Virus record (IMG/VR): IMGVR_UViG_3300045988_118131
Reading direction: 5' to 3' (one strand)
Length of the DNA: 64,000 nucleotides
Source: a virus
The notes under the pieces were generated by a model. That model was not told where the DNA came from, made no database searches, and saw only the letters and a list, made by a program, of their open reading frames with translations. Position 1 is the stretch's first letter, and every line of letters begins with the position of its first letter. Both the position numbers and the translations under genes were made by a program. Below, one piece after another: positions 26,193 through 34,769 of this stretch.

Positions 26193-26507
26193 CTAGTTAG
26201 CTTTTTTATTTGCCTTAAATGTATTTACCAACTCGTCTACATCCTTATCAGTAAATTTAATTCGTCCTACTGTAAATCCGCCCATTCTCTTGATTTCTTC
26301 TCTGGCTGCTTCTCCAAGCATATCCACATTTATATTTCCATTCTTATCAATAAACAGATCTATAATTGGTCCATATTTATCAACAGCGTTTTTAACTACA
26401 TAATTTACAACAGCTTGTGTAGGCAATGAATTTAATCCAAACATAGTAGATGCTAAGTTTTTAGCATATTGTTCAAATGTTTTTACTAAAATCTCTTTAT
26501 CGCTCAT
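26193..26507 (-). CDS. hypothetical protein (104 aa)
   Basis: Track ORF with TAG stop followed by a terminator. Confidence 0.55.
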   Translation of the reverse strand: MSDKEILVKTFEQYAKNLASTMFGLNSLPTQAVVNYVVKNAVDKYGPIIDLFIDKNGNINVDMLGEAAREEIKRMGGFTVGRIKFTDKDVDELVNTFKANKKAN

Positions 26508-26522
26508 AATTTATTAATTTAA

Positions 26523-26960
26523 TTACTGGTTATTTGTAAGCATCTCCTCATATTTTTTCTTGAGGTCTGGGTCATTTTCTAGTAAATTTAGCAACTTGTC
26601 AATTTTTTGTTGCTTGGCTCTTAACCCTTCATTTACCCTTTCTTTTTGCTGTTTGATGGTTGTTAGAAGGTTATTAGCAGCTATTTTTCCGTCTGGAGTA
26701 GTAACATACTCCACAGCAAATTTGCTTCCTAAATATCCCAAAAACCCTGCCTCATATGTCTGTTTGGCAAGTTGATATTCTCTTGACTCTGCCATAACAG
26801 CCTGCTCTTCTGAACTCATAGAAGAAACAATTTTATTAATTTCTTCCAAGACTGGTACAGACGCCTGCTTTTGTTGCTGCATTGCTTGCATAGTTTGCAT
26901 CTGCTGCAAGTAGGTAGTCTGTAAGTCTTGAAGATTAGTACCAAACGGATTTTCAAACAT
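26523..26960 (-). CDS. hypothetical Gln/Met-rich coiled-coil protein (145 aa)
   Basis: Track ORF with TAA stop. Confidence 0.55.
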   Translation of the reverse strand: MFENPFGTNLQDLQTTYLQQMQTMQAMQQQKQASVPVLEEINKIVSSMSSEEQAVMAESREYQLAKQTYEAGFLGYLGSKFAVEYVTTPDGKIAANNLLTTIKQQKERVNEGLRAKQQKIDKLLNLLENDPDLKKKYEEMLTNNQ

Positions 26961-26961
26961 A

Positions 26962-27411
26962 CTAATTAAATCTTTCTATAAGAATATTTACGTTATAAGC
27001 TGGAGCATCGACTGAATTAATATTTAATGCAGAAGCTCCCGTATTTGTGATAGTTATTACATCTCCTTTATTAAGAGACAATACTGTCTTAATCTCATAC
27101 TCTGTATTTATGGCGGTTGCACCACTTGCTACTGGAGCTGCAGATACTATAACACCGTTTACAGAAATAGTAGGTATAATAGTAGAAGAAACAGTCCCAG
27201 GAGTACCTATAGCAGAAACATCTATCATATATGTACCCTTGTTAGTAACAACTAATGAGTTACCAGAAACTATAATATTGTTAGCACTAGAAGTAGCTAC
27301 AATGCTTCCTGGTTGTAAAACTCCGCCTAATGCCGCCCAAGTTTGGGTAACATTATTCTTTATATAAGTGTATCCAGGCGTACTGGATACACTTCTTCTG
27401 CAACAACTCAT
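26962..27411 (-). CDS. hypothetical beta-rich protein (BclA/C1q-like guess), N-terminus MSCCRR
   Basis: Track ORF. The Ser/Thr/Val/Asn-rich beta pattern ending in NILIERFN is reminiscent of TNF/C1q-like head domains. TAG stop is 1 nt before the next ATG. Confidence 0.45.
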   Translation of the reverse strand: MSCCRRSVSSTPGYTYIKNNVTQTWAALGGVLQPGSIVATSSANNIIVSGNSLVVTNKGTYMIDVSAIGTPGTVSSTIIPTISVNGVIVSAAPVASGATAINTEYEIKTVLSLNKGDVITITNTGASALNINSVDAPAYNVNILIERFN

Positions 27412-27432
27412 ATTTACTTCCTTTTTAAATTA

Positions 27433-28236
27433 CTATAAACTTTGAGAATTTCCGCAGCATCCTGTCCAAGTAGTTCCGCTGCCATTAGGAGTGAAAGGAG
27501 TACAATACAAAGGAGTGATATTAGGAACAGGAGCACATAGATTACTATAAGCATACTTTAATTCTCCATCAATTTTGTGATCTAATTGTCTTTGTAGATA
27601 AGCATCAGAAATCAAGTTTTGTTTTTCAGCTCTGCAGCAGCAATCGTCGGTATATTTGTTAGCCTTAACCTGAGTTAATTCGAACATTAATGGAAGAGCA
27701 GCAGCAGTAGCGGCTTCTTTCTTTTCAAGTTCATTAATTCTAACATTCAATCTAGTAAATATATCAGTTTTTTCCTGAATATCTTTTTCTCTATTTGCTG
27801 ACAATTTGTCGCATAGAGTAAGATTTTGAACGTTATCTCTAGTAATAAGGTCTACATACATATTACATTTTTCTCCTATATCCTGGATACGTCCTTGATA
27901 GTTTTGGTCACTCAAAACTTTAGTTTGACCATTGATATAAGTGTATAGATCTATATCATCTTGCATAGACTGTACTCTATTAGACCAAGCTAAATTATCA
28001 GCCATTTGACCTTGAGCATAAGCCATTTGCATTGCTCTTTCTGCTAAGCTACAGTTTCCGTTGTTTCCTCCAAACAGACCACCTAATAGTCCGCCATTGT
28101 TTCCACAACCGCATCCGCCGTTGTTAGATAGAGCAGCTAGACCTGTACCAATGATACCAAGAGTTAAAGCTGCATTAGTTTTACCTTTAGAACCGAACTT
28201 ATCTTCGGCTTCTGACATTGTTAAAAATTCTGCCAT
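27433..28236 (-). CDS. Gly/Cys-cluster protein (267 aa)
   Basis: Track ORF with GGCGCGNNGG, DDCCCR and TGCCGN clusters. TAG at 27433 is directly followed by TAA at 27430. Confidence 0.55.
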   Translation of the reverse strand: MAEFLTMSEAEDKFGSKGKTNAALTLGIIGTGLAALSNNGGCGCGNNGGLLGGLFGGNNGNCSLAERAMQMAYAQGQMADNLAWSNRVQSMQDDIDLYTYINGQTKVLSDQNYQGRIQDIGEKCNMYVDLITRDNVQNLTLCDKLSANREKDIQEKTDIFTRLNVRINELEKKEAATAAALPLMFELTQVKANKYTDDCCCRAEKQNLISDAYLQRQLDHKIDGELKYAYSNLCAPVPNITPLYCTPFTPNGSGTTWTGCCGNSQSL

Positions 28237-28331
28237 AATGTTTAAAATTGTGTGTTAGTGATTCGTCTTATCTATTTTTTACGCGTAAAATCAAATTTTT
28301 ATAGAGTAGTTTTTCCCTTTTATTTACACTG

Positions 28332-28339
28332 CAAAGATA
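28332..28339 (-). promoter_or_regulatory. candidate -7 box TATCTTTG (minus strand)
   Basis: Matches TAnnTTTG about 95 nt upstream of the 28236 start. Confidence 0.3.
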
Positions 28340-28402
28340 ATATAAATCTATGAGGTTGTCAAATAAATTATTAAAAATTGTTAAAATTAACAATTATAAA
28401 GA

Positions 28403-28440
28403 AAGCGTGCTAAAATCTGTTAAAAGATCTTAACACGCTT
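28403..28440 (-). terminator. hairpin terminator downstream of DGR-adjacent gene
   Basis: AAGCGTG...CACGCTT stem with T-rich flanks, in the 260-nt intergenic region. Confidence 0.45.
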
Positions 28441-28498
28441 TTGTTAAAAATTATTAAATAAACTACTTATGTGATAATTATATAAATATAGACTATTA

Positions 28499-29497
28499 TT
28501 ACTTAGCTATTTCTACATAAAGACCAACTAAAGCTGATAAATCATGATATACTGGCTGTCCAGAGTTTCTAGTACATTTATAGACCACACCATTTTGTGA
28601 ATAATATTTACCAGCAAATAATTCCATATTATTATTATAAGGAATAGGATCTTCTAAAGTTCCTTGATTAGTTTCGTTAATTTCTTCATATAAAGCAGCA
28701 GTATGAATTGAAGGTGGTTGATTTTCTAATACAGTAGCTATAGTCTGTTTAACTTTATATAATTTATTTTGATACAATACTTTCATTCCAGTATCTAATT
28801 TTCCACCTACAAAAGATTCCCATTTAGGATAAAGTAATTTCATTGAAAGAGATTGTTCATCTGTAAGTTCCAAAGTGTTAATAAATGATTGTGCAAATAA
28901 TACACTTTGATTTACTACAGAATTTTCTTCATATTCTTTTGCAGCTGTTACTAAACCTTCAGAAGTTAATTCTACCTTATCAGGAAATTTAATATCATAA
29001 TTCACTTTTTCCAAATCTTCTAAAGAAGTACACTTCTTAATAGAATCTATTAAATCTTCTCTATTACTTTCACAAGTTTCATAGTATTCATTTAATCTAA
29101 TCATTGCTTGTAAAGCAGACTTACTGTCTAATGAGATACCACAATCTACACAAGGAATAGTAACATTAGCATCACTATTTTCACATTTAATTTTAATAGT
29201 AGATATAGCATCTTTACTTAATACACATTTATGACCATTAATTGATGTTTCGTTTTTAATAAAAAATTCATTACACCAACTTATAATGGTTTGTTTAATA
29301 TCTTCTATAGATGGTTTAAAATAGAACCTTTCATAAGTCCAAGTAGCTAAATTAGTTGGAATTGTTCCAGGTTCGTTTTCTGGAGTGCCTTCTTCTTTAT
29401 CAAATACATCTTTATAATACCATCTAACTACAAAAACGTTTTCACTTTCTTGTTCAAATTGTTTGTAATTAGTCTTTAAATCAGTAATTCTAATCAT
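28499..29497 (-). CDS. hypothetical protein (332 aa) immediately downstream of the DGR reverse transcriptase
   Basis: Track ORF. ATG lies 3 nt after the RT stop. No TGA. Confidence 0.6.
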   Translation of the reverse strand: MIRITDLKTNYKQFEQESENVFVVRWYYKDVFDKEEGTPENEPGTIPTNLATWTYERFYFKPSIEDIKQTIISWCNEFFIKNETSINGHKCVLSKDAISTIKIKCENSDANVTIPCVDCGISLDSKSALQAMIRLNEYYETCESNREDLIDSIKKCTSLEDLEKVNYDIKFPDKVELTSEGLVTAAKEYEENSVVNQSVLFAQSFINTLELTDEQSLSMKLLYPKWESFVGGKLDTGMKVLYQNKLYKVKQTIATVLENQPPSIHTAALYEEINETNQGTLEDPIPYNNNMELFAGKYYSQNGVVYKCTRNSGQPVYHDLSALVGLYVEIAK

Positions 29498-29499
29498 AA

Positions 29500-30699
29500 T
29501 TAATAGTTGTTTTGAATTATTTTGTTTAATAATCTATGCTTAGTAGTATATTCTTCCTTACATATAAATTTACTATAATCTGGAGCTATGTCCACTACTT
29601 CATATCATCTTTTAGAAATCATATTAGCATATTTCTTTCTTATATTATAGGATTCGTATTTACCTAAAAACCCATAGTAGCTATTAAGAACGCTTATGAA
29701 ATGCTCAGCTTTTTCTGCTGGATAATATTCATATTTCTCAGCTAGATCGTTGAATTTAAATATAGTTTGATGTAAGTATGCTACTGTCCTGTTTGCAGAA
29801 TATTTAAACTTACCTTTAACTACAGCTCCTATAAATTTACAACCTTTCTTATAATATTGAATGTATAATTTCTTAGGGTGTAAAACTATTTTAAGATTAT
29901 CTTTTAAGTAATTTCTTATTCACGGAACAGAATCTAATAGTAGTTTTTTGTCTTTACTTATTACAAAGAAGTCGTCTACATATCTGCCATAGTATTTGAA
30001 TTTCTCTACCATTAGTTTGTCAAAAGTATTCAAATAAAAATTAGCAAACATTTGACTTGTTAAATTACCAATTGGCAGTCCATAATCTTTGTCTACAGTA
30101 AATAAAGATTTATTAGCTGGCAAATCATCTCACATGAAATCTGGAGATTTTCTAATACAATTGTTTTGAGGGCAATTGTTTACAATTTTTGTTACTAGTT
30201 CTAGTATTATATCAACATCATCTTCTTTATAATTTTCTTTTATAAAAGTTATTAACATTTTCAATAAAGTAGGTTTGTGGATAGACATAAAAAATCCTTG
30301 CAGATCAAATTTAGCAATGTAACAAGGTTGAGTGTAGTTTTCACTACACTCTTTTACTTGTTCATGAAGTCTATTTATTCCGTATAGAGTTCCTTTCTCT
30401 ACTCTACAATTGTAATTGTCTTTTATAAATTCTCTCTCAAATAAGGGTTCTAATCTTAACATAACTAAATGATGTACAACCCTATCTCTGAAATCAGCTG
30501 CAAATACCTCTCTCTTTTTAGGTTTAGTTACTATAAATGCTATACTTCTTCCTATCTCATAAGTTCCATCCATAATATCTTTGTATAGTTTAGCACATTC
30601 TATTTCCCAATTTATTTCAAATTTTAATGCATTACAAGTATTTCTCTTATTTTTTCTGCATTTGTAATAAGCAGAAATTACATCCTCTAAAGCAATCAT
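29500..30699 (-). CDS. DGR reverse transcriptase (399 aa)
   Basis: Track ORFs 30130..30699 and 29920..30123 continue in one frame through TGA at 30130, 29920 and 29605 to TAA at 29500. Motifs are LPIGNLTSQMFANFYL (DGR-type [I/L]GxxxSQ) and GRYVDDFFV (YxDD). Confidence 0.85.
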
Positions 30700-30724
30700 A
30701 CAATATAATTAGGGCACTTAAAGA

Positions 30725-31121
30725 ATATCAGGGACGACAGTAGAGGGTGAAGTTCTTATCGTTGTTGTTGATGTTCAGTGTTGTTATCATAAAGCATTTT
30801 ATTCTTTATTTCATATAGTTTTCCATTCTATATGCTCAGACTATATCTTTATCCTAACAGGATAATGGGCGCTCGTGTTAGTATTATGTTCTCTTAAAAT
30901 TTAATTCGGATTTTTCTTTTAAATGGTAAGAGTTTCAACTATTAGTCGTTGAACCTTCTAAAGTTGTTAAGCTCTAGCTTGGCTGCTGATTGTCCATATT
31001 AATAGGAGGATTTCCAGCAATTCACCCATTTTTCTAATATTCATTACTGAATATTGAGGCTTGTTTAGTAAACCACTATCTCAATTCAATTTCCACGCGT
31101 TGTTCGACGAGTACTCCGTTG
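30725..31121 (-). repeat. DGR template repeat (TR), split into two exons (31121-31072 and 30775-30725)
   Basis: The 50 + 51 nt segments align without gaps to the 101-nt VR. All 10 mismatches fall at TR adenines on the minus strand. Confidence 0.85.
30776..31071 (-). ncRNA. group I intron (IA-like, no ORF) inside the DGR template repeat
   Basis: Minus strand carries P (AAUUGCUGGAAA, 31011-31022), Q (AAUCAGCAGCC, 30981-30991), R (GGUUCAACGACUAAUAG, 30939-30955) and S (AAAGAUAUAGUC, 30839-30850). P pairs with Q and R with S. Hairpins at 31036-31055, 30851-30863 and 30812-30834. The 5' exon ends in U and the intron ends in G. Confidence 0.8.
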
Positions 31122-31312
31122 CGTTCTTACGATTATATTGTCTTAGCTATTTCGTGTATTTTTATATATAATTTTTGTAATATTTTTACACGGGTCTAGC
31201 ACGTAAGCAGCTTCTTTAAGTTTGTTTAAAATAAATAAATAACATCTTACTCTAAACTTAGGCTCCTCCTAGCATAACCTTAGTCACACTAGCTCTATTT
31301 TATATATTGTTG

Positions 31313-31693
31313 TTAAGATGCTTGCATACATAAGCATTCCTCTATATTAGAGAAATGTTGAACGAAACGTGCTTGTTGTTGATAACTTATCAACTCTTTT
31401 TCAAAACTGGCTCTTATAAGTATTTTTACCGTTTCGTATTTAACCCTATATTTTTCTAGACAACTTTGTCTAGTATTAGGATTTTCCCAGTTTTGATGAG
31501 CTAGCGCCAAATAGGCTACTAGCTCACAACTATTATCCATAATTCTGTCTCCTAATGTAAATCTTGAGTTTTTAGGAAACGTTTCTATACATCCTATTAC
31601 TTCTAACATAAACTTATATGTTTTCTCATATAACGGTAAGCTTTCTATCTTACTTTTCATGTCATATTGCTCTTTTGTTTTAGTTTTTAACAA
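31313..31693 (-). CDS. avd: DGR accessory variability determinant (Avd-like, 23S rRNA IVS four-helix-bundle family)
   Basis: Track ORF located between VR and TR. LYEKTYKFMLEV...FPKNSRFTLGDRIMDNSCELV fits Avd-like proteins. The track start is TTG at 31693; the ATG at 31660 is an alternative. Confidence 0.7.
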   Translation of the reverse strand: MLKTKTKEQYDMKSKIESLPLYEKTYKFMLEVIGCIETFPKNSRFTLGDRIMDNSCELVAYLALAHQNWENPNTRQSCLEKYRVKYETVKILIRASFEKELISYQQQARFVQHFSNIEECLCMQAS

Positions 31694-31736
31694 AGTTAAT
31701 TTTACTTATATTGTTTCATTTAATTTCATCTATATT

Positions 31737-33875
31737 TTATAGTACATATCAGGGACGACAGTAGAGGGTGAAGCGCTTACCGCTGCTGATGATGGTACCA
31801 CTATCTCAACTCAATTCCCACGCGTCGTTCGACGAGTACTCCGTTGAAGCCCAATGATAACCTGTAAGCATAGCTGTACCTCCAATTTTACTTAGAGCAC
31901 TATCTACCTGAGATTTATTATTATAAGCTGTTTGTCATTCACCCAAAGCTGGAAGGTATCCTTTTCTATTTTCACCCCCAATATTAATGGACTTCGATCT
32001 ACACCAACCAGCAGCTATATCTTCACTAGAACCTAAGGCAGATATAATTTTATCGGTATTAGAATTTCCGTCATAGTCTAACTTAGCTTCAGTATTATTT
32101 GTAATATTACTTAATCCTGGAACATCTGTACCATATCCACCTCATTGGATACTATCATTGCTGTTTGTCTTATCTATAATAAAACTACATTTATCACTAA
32201 CAACAGCAACTCCTACAGCTTTACTATTGTTACTAGTGTTCCAACTACCTACAGCTGTAAGTTTACCGTCACTATCACAAATATATACACCATTAGCAAT
32301 CTTAGTATAAGTCATAGTTACTGATCTAGATACTTGATTAGCTGTGAAAGATTGAGTAGCTGGAGTATTATAGCCCTTTATATTAGAAGCTGAAATATTA
32401 TAACTAGTTCCAAATGGAATTTTATAGACCTTTGGAGAAGTAGTCTGAGAACCCTGACCGCTCACTGTAATAGTATAACCAGAAGCCCCACTTACATTAA
32501 CAGTTAAAAATTCTGATTGATATGTACCAGTTTCATTTTTACTAGCTGAGTTAGCTGTTCCAGATATAGCATCTGGAGTTTTATAGCCAGTCACTTCAGA
32601 GAAAGTAATATTATAACTAACTCCAAACGGTATCATCAATGTTTTGGAAGTATCACCGTCAGCAAAAGGAACTGGAGTAGAACTAGAATTATACCTTATC
32701 GTAGCTGTAGTGTTTCCAAGACCTTCACTTTGGTTGGATGCCCTGGTAACGGTCAGTTTTGTAGACTTATATTCTCCAGATTTGCTCATGGAGGCGCCTG
32801 CAGCAGTATCTGATATAACTGAGGGTTTTGTATAGTTAGAAATTTCTGGGAAAGTGATAGTAAATTCGCTTCCAGTTGGCACATTTATAGATTTAGTCTC
32901 TTTTCCATTAAATTGCAACTGATGATCTTCACTATCAAAATTTACAGTTACAGTTAAAGAGCTTAGCTCATCTGACTGATTAGATGTAACTTCTATAGAT
33001 AATACAGTAGTGTTATAAGATAATGTTGCCGTTCCAGAAGTGCCTTCAGCTATTTGTGATAGAGGATTAGGAGTTTTATATCCTTCAATATTTTCTCCAG
33101 TTATAGTATATTCAATTCCGGTAGGAATATTTACACTTTGAGGAGTATTAGTCCAATTGATCTCCTTGCTTACTTTATCATAAGATAATGTTAACTTTAA
33201 ACCATTTAAAGCAGAATCTGGCTGAGACTGATTAGAAGTTACTGTGATTGTAGTGAGTGTAGTCTGATACTCCGAATTAATTGTTCTTGTATTTCCTGCG
33301 ATAGCTGTAAACTCTTGAACATCTGGAGTTTTATATCCTTCAATAGCCTCACATTCTATTGTATAGCTTACATTTACTGGAATTGATGCAGTTAGTGGAA
33401 CTCCACTCCAAGTTAAAGTTGTGGTGTTGTCTAAATATTTAATATGAATTTTAACTCCCTCTAACTTAGCATCTGATCCTTGATTGGATGTTAAAGATAG
33501 AATTAGAGTTTCATTAGCTAATCCTCCACCACTTCCTGCTATCTTCCAATCTGCCTTATCTTTTTTTAAATCATATAGTTTGTAGAATACATACTCTTTT
33601 TTTTCTGTATCATAATATCTTGCTTCATCTCCTATACAGAAGGTATATGTTACTCCTTCTATAATATAAGTTAAGGTATTCTCTCCTGGAACAGATTCTA
33701 GTGTTGGAATGGGGTGTGCTAAACACTCTACTCATTTTCCACTTTTTCTATTATACATCTTTCCATCTTCAGGAGCGTCTGGAAACTGTTGAACACCTAT
33801 TTGTGAAATTGGCAAATACTCTTCTTCGGGAGTATGACCATCCCACTGAGGATTAGGAATTTTAAAAACTGCCAT
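31737..33875 (-). CDS. DGR target: receptor-binding fiber with Ig-like repeats and C-terminal CLec/DUF1566-like variable domain (712 aa)
   Basis: ATG at 33875. Frame fully translated and open except TGA at 33732, 32142, 31935, 31806 and 31749. TAA at 31737. C-terminus ...GYLPALGEWQTAYNNK...GYHWASTEYSSNDAWELSWDSG... is typical of DGR-diversified lectin folds. Confidence 0.8.
31746..31846 (-). repeat. DGR variable repeat (VR) at the 3' end of the target gene
   Basis: 101 nt colinear with the ligated TR exons. There are 3 + 7 substitutions, each opposite a TR adenine. TR encodes N-rich AAC codons (GNINNNDKN) where VR encodes GTIISSGKR. Confidence 0.85.
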
Positions 33876-33921
33876 ATTAATTCTTTTAATAATTTAAATA
33901 AATAATCTTCTTTTAAATGGT

Positions 33922-34116
33922 TTATTTTTCATCTTCTAAACTCTTCACTGCATCTTCCAGAGCATTGATATTTGGGGACTCAATGATCTTTATTCCTGGA
34001 ATTGTAACTCTGTAGACAAATTTGCCTGCAGAGTCTATTCCAGATAGAATACTAGATGTAGGGTAAATAGCTAGTATTCTTTGTTTACAATTAACAAGTC
34101 TTTCTTCATTAGTCAT
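33922..34116 (-). CDS. hypothetical protein (64 aa)
   Basis: Track ORF. Start overlaps the upstream stop by 8 nt. Confidence 0.45.
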   Translation of the reverse strand: MTNEERLVNCKQRILAIYPTSSILSGIDSAGKFVYRVTIPGIKIIESPNINALEDAVKSLEDEK

Positions 34117-34768
34117 AATAATGTAAACTAAGAGTACCTTTAATAGTTAATTCGTTATTACTATATTTAACTGTGTTATCTATTATAGAAATACTAGATA
34201 TACTCTTTAAATCAATAGTAGCTACTGATTCAGAATTGTCCATAATATCTACATAATTATAAGCAGTATCTAATAAGTAACTTTCATAATCAGAGTCAAT
34301 TTGTACTAATTTAGGCACTTTTGATAATGAATATTTTAAATCTATTGGTTCATTTATAACTCCAGAGCTATTTAAGGTTTGATGGGTTTCTTCTGATATA
34401 GTTATTGAATATTCTCCTGCGGGAATTTCTGTAAATGTTACAGATGTGTTATCTCCTGTATTTTCTACTCTTCTTACTTTATCAGAAGCTATAAATTCAA
34501 CTTTACTATTCTTAGCGTTAGAAGTTACTGTAACTGAATAAATAGGTTGTACCTCAATATTTAATGTAGAAGAATCTATCAATACTGCTTCCGAATATCT
34601 AGAAGTGGTTTCAGTCTCTTCTACTTCAATAGTATAATTGCCATGAGTTATATTTCCTAATGTAGCTTCTCCACTTGCGTTAGTAACTCCAGTAGCAACT
34701 AACTTTTGTATGTCCATGTTTTCTGGATTAGACATACTAGAATCAAATACTAATCTATCTTGTTCCAT
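34109..34768 (-). CDS. hypothetical protein with carboxypeptidase-regulatory-like beta-sandwich
   Basis: Track ORF. GEATLGNITHGNYTIEV resembles CarboxypepD_reg-type domains. Confidence 0.55.
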   Translation of the reverse strand: MEQDRLVFDSSMSNPENMDIQKLVATGVTNASGEATLGNITHGNYTIEVEETETTSRYSEAVLIDSSTLNIEVQPIYSVTVTSNAKNSKVEFIASDKVRRVENTGDNTSVTFTEIPAGEYSITISEETHQTLNSSGVINEPIDLKYSLSKVPKLVQIDSDYESYLLDTAYNYVDIMDNSESVATIDLKSISSISIIDNTVKYSNNELTIKGTLSLHYYD

Positions 34769-34769
34769 A

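Noticed and set aside
30776-31071. The TR insertion as an IS element, a protein-coding gene, or ordinary spacer between two separate partial repeats.
   Set aside because: It has no ORF, no terminal inverted repeats and no target duplication. The two flanks sum exactly to the VR length, and the insert has group I core elements.
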